64,000 nt of DNA. Source: Chrysomallon squamiferum. Lineage: Eukaryota > Animalia > Mollusca. A model generated the notes under the pieces. That model saw only the letters and a program-made list of their open reading frames with translations, was not told the DNA's origin and searched no databases. Positions 48,597 through 62,635 of this stretch are shown here, piece by piece (the first letter of the stretch is position 1; the number at the start of each line of letters is the position of its first letter). The DNA lies in contig CM022673.1 in NCBI GenBank assembly GCA_012295275.1, positions 8,246,001-8,310,000 on the forward strand, written 5' to 3'. Position numbers and translations under genes: made by a program.

Positions 48597-49399
48597 CAAC
48601 AACAACAGTTATTTAAAAAACCCACAATTTAAAGCAACAACAACAGGAATATAAAAACTTGTATTTTCGTATGACAGTGGCACCGGAACGCGAGACTGAA
48701 AGAGAGAGAAAGAAAAAAATAGTAATCTTTAGGAGTACTTACATTACAAAATCGGGTTACTATGTTAAATCACTCCAGCTACGTCAGCACTTAGGAACAG
48801 ACGTTGTTGATGTCGTAGTTTGTTAGGATTCTGATGCTGTTGTTACTGTATACTGGCAGAATATACATGTTTCTAACCAATCATGAATCTACGGCGATCG
48901 ATAAGTTTATTTAGAACATCTGGGTTACACTGGCCTCAATTCGAAAAATATTTGCCTCTTTAAGTATGTTACATAATATCAACCGCTGTCATTAAAACAC
49001 ATGCGATATGATTTAATTGTAATAGGACATGGTAGAAACCGGTATATCTCATATTTAGGCACTTATTTTAAAAAATTTAAAAAAAATTAATACTCATCGC
49101 ATAAAACATGTTTAGCCATAGGAAGAAAATATTACCTCGAAAACACTTAACTGTGTCTGCGCTATGATCGACTCGGCAAAACACACTGACCTCCGATTGA
49201 AACCATCTCGCAAGTAGATGACAGCAACGTCTTGTGTTTTGACACGTGACACTTCAGGCGGTTTTATTTGTCGTCTTAATGTTGCTGTTTCGGGGGTGTT
49301 TGAACAATTTTATTATCGCGCGCGCGCGTTCGCCTTTGTGTGTGTGTGTATGTAAATGGGTAAATGTATGTATGTATGCAGTCTTATAATATTAAATAT

Positions 49400-49408
49400 C
49401 ATTCGTAT

Positions 49409-49480
<72 letters not shown>

Positions 49481-49558
49481 GGAGGACTGTAACCACGCAC
49501 ATACTGTTTTATAATAATATAACATATTGTGGGTGTATGTATATGTAAATATTCATTC

Positions 49559-49616
<58 letters not shown>

Positions 49617-49726
49617 CCCCCTCTCTCTCTCTCTCGCTCTCTCTCTGGGGAGGATAGTAACCACGCACATACTGTTTTATAATAATATAACATATTGTGG
49701 GTGTATGTATATGTAAATATTCATTC

Positions 49727-49805
<79 letters not shown>

Positions 49806-49879
49806 GGAGGATAGTAACCACGCACATACTGTTTTATAATAATATAACATATTGTGGGTGTATGTATAAATAAATATTC

Positions 49880-49963
<84 letters not shown>

Positions 49964-49985
49964 TGTTTTATAATAACATAACATT
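49400..49985. repeat. Compound tandem repeat: (CT)n tracts alternating with a conserved unit of about 83 bp, 3 full copies plus partial flanks
   Basis: GGGGAGGA(T/C)..TAACCACGCACATACTGTTTTATAATAATATAACATATTGTGGGTGTATG starts at about 49479, 49647 and 49804. Confidence 0.95.
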
Positions 49986-50833
49986 TTGTCCTATTCGAAA
50001 CTATAAAAATATATATGTTTATAATAACAATACATTGAACAAGATATCGAAATTTATGACCGCATCACGATTTTCGGGATTTCACAAGGTTTAACATCTG
50101 TTTAAAACAAGCTGTATCCATCGGGATTTTATGCAAATAATTTACAGCTGTTGCATGGAACATACGACAGACCGCATAAACATGCATAAATCTAAATTTT
50201 TGATTAGTACTTACACTCGTTACATTTCAATTAACAAAAACTAGAAATGATTATCTTGTACTTTGAGAACTATGGGAAACCACAGGTCATATCGACAGCT
50301 GGAACTGTGCAATTCTAAAATAAATATAGTTACTAATTCAAATAGAGTAGTGGTAGTAGCAGTAGTAGGCGTAGTAACAGTTGTAGCCGTTAGAGCAACA
50401 ATAATCAAAGAAGTTTGAGTAGTTACTGTAATAATAGTAACAGCAGTCTTAAAATCCTAGTAGTAGTAGCCTGGTAGTTGTAGTAGTAGTAGTAGCCTAG
50501 TATTAGCAGTAACAGTAGTAGTAGTTAGTGGTAGTGATTGTAAAAAGAAATAGGATATTTGTAAAATAATGTTTATGATTTTCCTTTTCTTATATCAAAA
50601 TAATAAATTATGACATATATCGGAATTTGAATGATACGATTTTTGCATTGCTCAGATTCTTTAACATCAAAATATTTTATATTTAACATTAGACCTCAGC
50701 TTGCTGTAATCTACTCTTTAATCAATTATCTTATTAATGGAAAAAAAAAAATAAAAAATAAAAAATAAAAATGAAAATAAATAAAATAAAAAAATGAAAA
50801 TAAAATAAAATAAAAAATAATAATAAAAACACG

Positions 50834-50892
<59 letters not shown>

Positions 50893-51159
50893 AATAAATA
50901 AAAAAATAAAATAAAATAAAATAAAATAAAATAAAATCCATACATATTCTCAGCCTAACGTACGTGTATGTGAGACCGCGCGCCCGCGCATTTAATGAAA
51001 AAAAAAAAAAAAAAAAAAAAAAAAATAATATAAATTTTATTTGCGTTTTTTGAGAATCAGTAACGTTTAAACAATTATATCCTATATATATATATATATA
51101 TCCTATAGACACACAAATAATGTTCTTGAGTGTGTGTATGTAAGTGCACGTGCGCCGTC

Positions 51160-51362
51160 ATGATGAAAACCCCCCGAGAAAACTTCACTTACGTCTTTGA
51201 AAATGATCTCTGGTTAAACAAGTATATCCTTGGATTTATACACTTATGCAGCTTAATACAAAACTTTCCACCTAGAAAAAGTTTATCTTATGTCCTCCAG
51301 TGGGTCACTCTTTTAAAGTCTGATAAAATTAATGCGACCTTGTAAACATGTTTGCAGCTAAC
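51160..51362 (+). repeat. Dispersed repeat fragment, copy 2
   Basis: Aligns by eye with 46771-46968. Confidence 0.8.
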
Positions 51363-51779
51363 TTACTCTAACCTAGCAAGCTCAAATGATTAAAATTTTA
51401 TTGTGACCATAACACGCAGATGTGTTCGTCAGGGTGATAAAATATCAGATGGTTTTAATCTCTGGTTATATATTTTTAATATAAAATACTTAAAGAATTT
51501 AGTTTTTTAAATATTATTTTTACCTGTGCTTTTAGTAGATTTCTTTTACTTTTTTTTTTTTTTTTTTTTAATAAATAATCACAATATTGTTCTAATTTTT
51601 AATTATCATTGTTTTTAACTGTTTTTATGAAAATTAAAGTCACTAGAGGATAAACGAATTTTAGACACACAGTTAAAAATGTCCAGGGTAAGGCTGGCTA
51701 CATCTTCATTTTGAGACCATTCCTTTTCAAAATCACTGTGTGCGTGTGCGTGCATGCGTGTCTGTGTGTGTGTGTGCGC

Positions 51780-52264
51780 GTGCGTGCATGCATAAAGTGT
51801 GTAATATATTTGATATCTTGGCCCTCCTCCAAAACACTGCATACTGTCTGGCCCCCTTCTGTCCAAAAGGTTTCTGATCTCTGTTTTATGATTTTGTTTT
51901 CTTTGTTGTTCAAACATTAAATCAACAAAGTAAGAAAGTATATATTCAGATAGGCTTAACATCACATGAGCATATAAACTGATAATTTTCTGTTAAGTTT
52001 CATTTAGTATCTTGGACCTATGAACTTAAAATGAAAACAGGTATATATTATTTCTTAAGAGTCAAGAATTTTCTATACATTTCATTCCAAAATCGGAAGG
52101 AATGTATTATTTACTTCAGTGGTCATTGTTGCACCAACTTGCATGGGAAACAGTCTAGTGGGTTTTGTTTTGTTTCAGTGATGAAGCTACAATCTAATCA
52201 ATACAGAATTCCATAAATCATTTTATATTAATCCCATGCTGATAAAATGTTATTTAACTGAGTA
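51780..52264 (-). repeat. Inverted duplicate of an ACLY intron segment (about 57617-58100), including one end of the hAT MITE
   Basis: Reverse-complement match over about 480 bp. The ORF track shows mirrored pseudo-ORFs (52031-52216 + versus 57665-57850 -). Confidence 0.93.
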
Positions 52265-55200
52265 AATTTTTTTTTTTTTTTTTTTTTGTTTTGTATTATA
52301 ATGAAACTTTTATAATAAAAGGTGAGAGAGAGATGTTACTAAGGTGTAGACACAAATGTACTTCAAACATCTGTTTTAAATGTGCCTTGAATTTGTTTCC
52401 TTCTCTGTTTATTTTCTTGTTTTGTTTAAAGAAAACGCAAATTCTGCTTTTGGATTTGCTCTCTTTTGGTATAATGCTAGCTTCTTCAATGACCACCAAC
52501 TTTAGGAGCAGAATATTTTTAAAGTACATACAACCTGTTTCATCCCATCTATTATTAGTAATTATTTGTACACCCTGAAGCCATAATCATCTGAATATAA
52601 CTTAGTGAAAACATTTCAGAAGTATACCTGTTAACTACTGGTAAAAAAAGTACTAAATGTATTTCATTAATTCATTTATATTTATTGTTTCTTCTTCAGT
52701 TAAAAGGTATGAACAATTTCTAAATGCTATCACTTCACATAGTTAAATTAAAAAGCATTATTAGTATTATTTTATATTACTTTTTTAAAAATATTATAAT
52801 TATGACTAAAGAGTCATGATGGGATTATAAATTTTTTGTTCTGGTAATAAAACCAAGTTTACTGATATATAGCATGATTCAAGTCAGTTTACAAACTTTC
52901 AGCCACTTTACTTGTAAATATATGTCATGTATGTGTATATATGTGTGTGTTTGTGTGTGTATGTATACATATGTTAATAATAAAATAAATTTTTACATGG
53001 CATCATTTAATACAACTACTAATAATAATTAAAAAAAAAGATGTAAAGATCATGAAAAAAAGTTAAGTTTTTTATAATGTGAATTTCTTGAAACAGATGT
53101 GAATTATTTTGTTTTTGTTCACAAGGCCCTCTTTAAATCCTAGAACTGTCTTATGCTAACTTTTATATGTTAACTACTCTCTGAATTTGTTTGCTTATTT
53201 TTCAGCAGCTGAAACATTAACAGAGATGACTGTTTCATTTATTTTATCTAATATAATTTATTTTTTTGCAAAGGATACTCTTCTGCCCTTTGTACCTATA
53301 CTTATTGGTGTAGCATAGTTGACATAAGGAAATAATCAAAATTTAGTAATTTAGTAATTGAATAGTCCTAAGTTATATGAACTGACAACTGAAAAAAACC
53401 TGATATAAAAACAAAACAAAGAAATAAACAAGCAAAACCCCCCTCAAAAAGCACTCCAGTGAGAATTTTATCGTGTGAAGTACTGTCAATTGTCTCCCAT
53501 TATGTTCCAAAGTGCACATGTTGAAACAATGCCATCATCATTCACAGTTTAAAAGGCAGAAATAAACTGTACATTTAGTCTTTATTAAATGTAGACGTTT
53601 TTACATTATTTGTTGATAATGTGACTTTTATTTTTACTGTTGATCTCAGACAGATATAACACTTCATAAAATTCAAGTCTAAGTATTCTTTATGACAAGC
53701 TGAAATTACTATATTTTGTTAACAAATACAGGTGCTTAGCACTAGGAATGTACCTTAATAATTTACCTTCAATGCTAATTTACTTACCTTCTGTTAGACA
53801 GTAATATATTACAGCAGAAGCTACGTAGCATTATGCTTTCACTAAAATAAAGAGCAGTGTATCTTTTACATAAATAATTAACTATCCCAGAACTGTCCAT
53901 CACAAGGAAGTAGAGTAGATGTTTATGAGCATTTGTGCAGGAGTGTTCTTTCACAAACAGTGCTTGCATGAATGATTGCATAGTTTACGATATAATTTTT
54001 GTATGTTTATTGTAATGGGAAAACCCCACAATATATATGTGTGTATGTATATACATGTGTGTGTGTGTGTGTGTGTGAAAGATAATTATTCTATTTAGTG
54101 TTTAATTTTTATTTATATATTTATGTATTTAATTTTAGATCATCTAATTATCACTGATCACTATAGTTAGTTGATGTTCAATGCATTCTGCCAGTATTCT
54201 ACAAGCAACTCAGATTTTGTAACAAAGATTTGTGTTAAAAAAAAAAAAAAAAAACATTTATCCTGTACTTTTTTCAACAGAAGAAGGACAGTAAAAAAAC
54301 AAGAAGAAAACACTATAAAAACAACATTAAAAAAAAGAAAAGAAGAAACAATGAACAACAACTAGTAATTTATTTATTCTAACCAATTTTCAAATTTCTT
54401 CCCCCTTCATACTATTTATGTTATTATAATACATGAACATTTTTTTTTTTTAAACTGACAGTTCTAGTTAACATATAAAAACCAACTAAAATAATAATAA
54501 TCACATTTTATCATTATATATGTTTAAGAAAATGGCAGCTCATTACTTGCATGTTAGAAATGCCTGCTTGTACAATAGTATTTATAAATAACATGAAAAT
54601 GGGATTTCTCTATGAAGCAAGCTGGTAAGTTCAATAAATATATGGATTTCAATAAATGAACTGGATTATGAACACTGTACTCGATATGATACAGAATTTA
54701 TACTGATAGAGTAGGTAAAGTAAGTAACCAACAACATAAAGATATGTAGCTTAATTAATGAAATAAAATAGAAATGTAATTATAGGTGCAAAAAAAAAAA
54801 GTCCACCAAAAACAAAAAACAAATAACAAGAATTAAAAATATTCAGATGTTGAATATATGAAGTTTTAAATTTTACATAAACTATTATTTTTGTTTTATT
54901 TATTAATGATGTTTTTTATTTCTTTCAGACATTTTTATTTATAAAACAAACAATATTTTAAAATACCTTTTTAAACACATATCATCTAGAATGTTAATTT
55001 CTAACAAACAAAAATAAAAAATAAATTTAAATAAAGCCCTCCTCACCAAAACCATAACAAACTGTTTTGGTGTTTCCTCCTTTTTCTTTCTTAATGATTG
55101 TAAATAAATATCATACATATGTGCAAATAAACCAGATTTGTAAACTCAAGAACAAAGGTAATAAAACTTCAGTTTTAAATTATGAAGCAGTCTAAGTCTA

Positions 55201-56536
55201 TCATTACTGTGATTGTCACAAGAAAGTTATTATTTTATAAAACTGAAAAAAAACAACCCCAAAACCAGTCCAAATATATCATTGCTGTATATCTTAAAAA
55301 TTAGTAGTCTGCTAAATGAAAATAAAGAATTAAAATGAATATACTTTGCATGCAAGTATCTGAATCTTCTCCAATTAAAATGAAATTATGAGTATTTGCC
55401 AAACGGTTCAATGATGTAATATTATTTAATGTTAAAATATTTGGGTGTACCTTTACTAAATATTGGCTATCTTTAGGATAAAATAAATATTACTAAAACA
55501 TAGAGACAAATAACAACTATGCTTAAAAGCTAACTAAGAATAAATAATACAGAACTCAGATTACTAAATTCAATAACCAAATATTTTTTTATCACACAAA
55601 CTTATAATATTGCTGTTACACAATATTATTATTTATTGGTCCCTTTTTTCATTATAAATTAAAATTAAGAATTGTGTTGGATGCAAAAAAACAAAAACAT
55701 TTGTAGACATAAACCTATCTAACACTTTATGAAATATTTACATTTATCACTAATGAAAGATAATATTGCAGTATTATTTTTGTTATATAATTTATTAACT
55801 GAATGTTGTCAGATTGTCTGTATCTGTTTTTTGTTTGGAAACAAAATATTATTCAACTGATTTATCAGTCTACATATTCATACATACATATCACAAATAA
55901 GAATAGAATTTAAAAGGAAAAGGAAAAAGATATTAAAAAAATGGGAGGAAAAAAAAGAGCAACAACTAAATGAATGTGTTTGAACTTATTTGTAAATATA
56001 AATAATAACAAAAGCTGTAACATACAATAAATACAACACATGGAAACTAAAATCAAATTCATCATTAAGAGAAACAGTACAAGTAAGCTAGCTTTAAACT
56101 AAAATAATAATGTTGTCTACAAAGCAGTTCAGAACCAAGATATGAAGAAATGTTTAAACCATATTCAAAATATAAAATTTGTAGTAATACATATTTGATT
56201 AAATAATGAGACAAATAGTTATTACCTTCAAAACATTAAAAAAAAATTAATAAATGAAATTAAAACTAAACTAAACTAAACTGAAATGAAAAGGAATCAA
56301 TCATAAATATATCATTAATGTTCATATTACCCACAAAAAATCTGTATGTTATAATCACCAATTACATGATCAACATTTTATAATTTTTCACAACATAAAA
56401 TATGTTCTAATAGTTACCACAATCCCTTTCACAACAAAAACTATTTTTAATTTGTTTACCCATTAATTATAACTAAGTTTCTTTTTACAGTTGAAATGGA
56501 TGTTAATGCTACTGCCATCAGCAAGTCCCTGACTAT

Positions 56537-59500
56537 TTACTGTGGTTCATTCAGAGTTTCTGGCATGATGTAAGATATGTCATCCCAAGGGTGCCGGTAC
56601 AATCCCTGCTTTAGTCTCTTCTGGTCAAGATAATGACCGATGAAACCCATGCTGCGTCCCAGCACAAACAGAGCATTGAGAGCACCTATCTCAACATATT
56701 CCTGTGACTCTTCCCTGAATTATAAATAATAATGCTCAGTTTATCATTCTGTAGTAACCTCTTCATTGAACTTTTATACTTTTATTGCTAAATAGTTTAT
56801 TTTATTTCCAAAAATAAATTATTTAAAATAGTTTAGGATCCAACAATAGATAGGTGTGCTAAATGCAACATAACAGATTAAATTTATTTAAATGTTATTA
56901 AATTTATTTCAGTGTTTTGTTATGTAACAAATAAATGGAAAATTCAAAACTGTTCCAAAGTGAAGTAAGTTTTCCAAGACTACTTTATTTTTATTGAAAC
57001 GTATATAAATGCTCACTGAATGATTTAAAGAATAAAATTTAAGAATCTCACCTTGTAAAACAACCACAGTTCCGTAACAGGTCAACAAAAGTTACTCCAA
57101 TAAAACCATCAACATTTAGTATCAAGTTCGGTTTCTGTAATAATAATATATAAAAATTCTACCAGTGAGTACTTTGAACAATACAAATACAATAAAAATA
57201 ATTAAATGTTTAATAGAGTAAAAAATAATCTTATCTATAAATTAAAAAAAATTAGAAATATATATATGAAAGCTGGTGCCTGTGTTATTTATCAAAGAAC
57301 GTAATTTATACAAATACAATACATTACAATATGGATGATCACAAAGAAAGCAATTTTGTTTTCAATCATTTTCTAACAAAAAATTTGGCTTTGTAACTGA
57401 AAAAAAATAAAAAATAAAAAATAAATAAATAAATTGTACCTTTGATGTAGTTATCTTTTCAACTTCTAAAGCATAATCTAAAAGAGGTGTTGATGGAAAA
57501 TGCTTCTTCACATACTCCTTTAGAATAACAACTCTCATATCAGGATTATTTATCTATAATAAAAAAAAAGAAAAATAAAGGAATTTTCTAGGACACATTT
57601 TTTCCAAATTTGTCTGTTACCAGTTAAATAACATCTTATCAGCATGGGATTAAAATAAAACGATTTATGGAATTCTGTATTGATTAGATTGTAGGTTCAT
57701 CACTGAAACAAAACAAAACCCACTAGACTGTTTCCCATGCAAGTTGGTGCAATGATGACCACTGAAGTAAATATTGCATTCCTTCTGATTTTGGAATGAA
57801 ATGTATAGAAAATTCTTGGCTGTTAATAAAAAATATATACCTGTTTTCATTTTAAGTTCATAGGTCCAAGATACTAAATAAAACTTAACAGAAAATTATC
57901 AGTTTATACACTCATGTGATGTTAAGCCTATATGAATATATACTTTCTTACTTTCTTAATTTAATGTTTGAACAACAAAAAAAACAAAATCATAAAACAG
58001 GGATCGGCAACCTTTTGTGGAGAGGGGGTGGGCCAGACAGCCATGCAGTGTTTTGGAGGAGGGACAAGATATCAAATGTATTAAATGCACGCATGCGCAG
58101 ACACACGCACACACACACGCACGCACACACACACACACACACACACATCGATATTTCTCTCTCAATTCTATCTTCAATATTGAGCACCAAAAAGGGGTGC
58201 TAGAAAGGAAGCAAGGCCGCGTTGGTCTGGAGGTTTAAAGAAAAAACAATGAAGTTAATGTAATAATTGGTGTCCAAATGTTCAGATGGTGGGCTGGATG
58301 TGGCCCGTGGGAATAGGGTTGCTGATGCCTGTCATAAAAAAAGCCAATAAATTAAAATGAGCTACTTTCCATTCATAAAATGAAAATTTTGTAAATGATT
58401 TTTAATGCTACTCACAGACTTCACTCGGTGACCAATCCCCATAATGAGTTTTCCTTTCTTCCTCATGTCATTAACAAATTCCATGGGAATAGCTCCAAGG
58501 TCGTAGGCATCACTGAACTGCTTGGCTGCAGCATCCAAAGCTCCACCAAATCTGTCTCCCTAAAAATACAGTAACAGGAATAGTAACATGACAAAAACAA
58601 TAATAATTCTCTGAGAATCTTTGTTTAGTTTTTTATTTAGCAACATAATGGTTTAACAGAATACTGGTATTTTCATATACATATATATTTTTTTAATTCT
58701 TTATAATAACAGATTTAAAGAAATGAAACGTCACTCACAATTGTAAGCAGTCCTGATGTCAAACTGGAAATGAGATCTTTGCCAGCTCGGGCACACACTA
58801 TGGTATTGTGAGCCCCTGACACGGCTGGTCCATGGTCAGCTGTCACCATCAGACACATCTCTATAAATTTTGTTGCATACCTTGGTAACCTGAAAGCAAC
58901 AGAAGTCTTGAATATTTAGAGTTGCTCTTTAAAAAAGATAAACAGAAATATTTATATATGCTCAGAAAGTAATACCTAAAAGTGTCTGTATTGAATATTA
59001 TCATACTGAATTAAAAAAAAGGTAAAAGAAAAAAAATATAAAGAATACTAAATTGTTCCTCTTTCTTTAAATGTGTGGATTTAATCCATAGAGTATTTAC
59101 CTTTTCACTTATTAAAACTGTTATCATTATGTTTTATTTTTCAGAGATTTATCAATAAGAATGTCATTGTGAATGTATATATTGCATTATTTTTGTTTTG
59201 CAATTCTGCGCATGTGATAATATCACACATTAATTTTTTCAAAAACAATATAAACTAGTATTTATTTTAATAAAATGCTTAAGATTTCTGAATGTTTTGG
59301 TATGGAAATTTTATTTAAAAAAAGTTATTAATAATTTCTACCTTCTTTGGAACCAAAGAAGGCTAAGGACACCTCCAATACCCATATCTTCCTTGAAGAT
59401 GTCTGTGATGGGGATACCAGCATATAACAACTCTTGGCCCCTTTCATCACAAATACTTGTCATGAATGAAGCAGGCTTTCGGATCAAACCAAGTTCCTGC

Positions 59501-62500
59501 AAAACAAATTAAGAAAATGAAAATTAACAGACTAATAAATGGATAGAGACCTATGTTGCACATAGACACACATACACAAGTATGTATCTGTCTATCTATT
59601 GCTATATCAATATATAGACAGACAAACACATATACACCATACTGACATAACATGATATGAATATCTTCATTAACAGATATTACATTTCCCCTCTTTTGGC
59701 TGGATTAATGATGATAAAAAACAAACAGGAAGAAATCCTAATAACTCACTCTTGCCCAGTTGTAGTCCATTGGAACTGTGGGAGGAGCCTGTTCAGGCAG
59801 AGGTATGATGACACCATTAGCAACCAGTTTGTCATACTGTTCTCTGTTTAAAAATCATTTAAAAATATGTCAAATAAACAATCACCTTTACTGCTTACAA
59901 AATTTAAGTTAACAAATGAAAATTTTTTTTAGTCTGAATGAAATCATATTAAACATTATTTTAAATGGTTATCATAGATTAAACACATTTCAAAATTATG
60001 TACATATATATGAAAATGTATTTATTGAGATATAAAATCACAAAAACAGATGATATATGTATGCACAAATATTACTTAAAACATAAACTGAAACCTATAA
60101 GTATAATCGGAAAAAAATATCAAGTTCATGTATTTCAGATTTCTAAACTTGGCCAAACTTAATTAATCTGTACTGAAGTTTTAATAGCACAAGATGTACA
60201 GTACAGATGTTTACAATCACATACTGATAAAACTATTTTAAATTACAAACATTCTAAAAAAAAGAAAAAGAAAGAAAAAAAGAAGGATTCTATAACTAAA
60301 TTAAGTAATTGATACATCTATTTATAAATATTATTTCTGCCATGAATGTGATGATTAACAAACAAAATATCATTATTCAAAAAAGTTAGTAATGATATCT
60401 TAATTTCTCCCAAATCTTAATTCCTAACATTTCAATAGCAAATAGCAGATTTTAATATATTGATGTTTGATTATTCAAAGGTCATTATTACTAACTACTT
60501 CTAACTTGTACAGGAACAGAATTGGGACCAGACATTTGGCTCAAGAGATTGAGGTTCTCGGTAAACAGATACTAAAGTTATCTAAGTTTGACAGTTTTTC
60601 TAAAACAACACATTTTCCATTATTGCTTACTTGATTGCTGTGCCCAGCTCATCAAAACTCTTTGGTACAATGGCCCCTACAGCTTTTAAGGCTGCATTTT
60701 TGGCCTCTGCAGTCTCTGAAGATGCATTAGCACAGGCTCCAGCATGGCCAAACTGAACCTGAAGACAAACACACACTTTATAAATTTTTTGTTTATTTTT
60801 TTTTTTTTTTAAATTATAATATTTTTTAAGATAATGTTTTAATATAAACCAAAAAGTATTATTTTATAAACTATAGTACATATCTTAGCCAGAAAACATT
60901 AATTTATTTTTCAATACAAACTATATTATCTAAAGGAAATCAGTGAAAGTATATTACAATAAGAACAATACATTTTTTCTTGTTATTTACACTTCAGTTA
61001 TTTTATCAAAATGAAAGGGATTTCATAGCCAAGAAAATATATTTGTGCAAAGATTATCATACCTCAGATGTAAACATTTTTGCACATGTTCCTATACACC
61101 AAGCAACTACAGGCTTGTTCACTTTTCCCTGCTTTATAGCATTTATCAGTTGATATTCTTCATTGCCACCAACCTGTAAAAAGTCATTCATTAAATAATT
61201 TTGATACCCATGTTAGTGTCACCATAGAACAACAAGAAGTAAATACATATATAATGCAATGTCATATGAATTTAAGAATACTTCTCTTTGAAGAATTTAT
61301 CAATAAATGAAAAAGGAAGAACATCTCCAGAAAATGAAGAAAAAGTTAATTTATGAAAAAAAAAGAGATTGCAACAAAATCAAAATCAATATTAATAAAA
61401 CCAAAAATTCTCACTGAAACCAATATTTATTAAATGTTAAAAACTTTTCATATCAACCTCTCCCAGCAGAATAATTAGTTTGACATCTGGATCTGCCTCA
61501 TATCTAGTTATGTGATCCATGAATGTTGTTCCTGGGTACCTGAAAACAGTGCACCATTATTAACATTAGATCTTTAATAATTAAAATGTCTTATTTTAAG
61601 TATGATTTGTTAAATGTCAAAAACTATTGTAATATATTTTAAAACAGATTATTACAATTGTTTTAAAACAAAATCTATACCAGAACCAGTGTGATAATAT
61701 ATCAATTTAAACATTTGAATTTAAAATAAGGTATTAGTTTCCCATTACCAATGAAATATAGTATAAACCAAACATAATGAAGGAATTCGTTGTAATAGTT
61801 GCATTATTATTTACATACCTGTCTCCTCCAATGGCCACACCTTCATATACACCATTTGTATTAAGTGCAACAATGTTGTTCAGTTCATTAGACATGCCAC
61901 CTGATCGGGATACATATGCAACACTGCAGAAAAAATAATGGATAAAAGAGTACAGCTTCTTGACTCAAGGGAACATGCATAATGATTTGGAATGTGGCAT
62001 TAAAAGAAACGAAATTTGTTACAGAAGAAGAAAAACAAAATCCTACTACTATAGATCAGCAACCCATTACAACTTTGGATGCTCATGATTAACTATGTTC
62101 ATGAATGGATAATTATAGTACAGGCTTATCACACTGGGAGAATGTTCCTTTAGATTTCTTATTTGAAATGCTTGGGAAAAAAAAAAAAATGCACAGTTTG
62201 GAATATAAGAATGCATACAAATAAGATTTAATCCATTGATATTTCATAAACATATATCTTACACAAACAGTCAGCATGAATTTTTACATAATATTTTATA
62301 AAGTTTGTTTGTTTGTTAAACCATTGGAAATCTACAAGATATTATTTCAGCAGCAAAAAACAAGTTTTGGATTTCAGATAAGTTATCCTCAACCTGTAAA
62401 ACTAAAGGAGTGTTCTCCCTCTATGATAAGCCATATTATCCAATCATATATAACAAGTTAGTTTGTGAGAATACCACTTAAGCTATAGGACTCTTTAGCA

Positions 62501-62604
62501 ATAACATTATTTAGATAAATGTCTTTATTCTAACACACATAAAATATATATTTTTTTCTTTTCTTTTTCAATTTTGTGTCAATGCCCAGAACAAAATCAT
62601 TTTA

Positions 62605-62635
<31 letters not shown>

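Noticed and set aside
49313-49984. ER-repeat ORFs, and a repeat/spacer-like pattern
   Set aside because: Translations of (GA)n tracts; the intervening units are near-identical, so this is a compound tandem repeat.
52031-57850. Apparent paralogous 61-aa genes (MKTGIY...) on opposite strands
   Set aside because: They arise from the inverted duplication of intronic DNA; no splice structure or recognisable domain.
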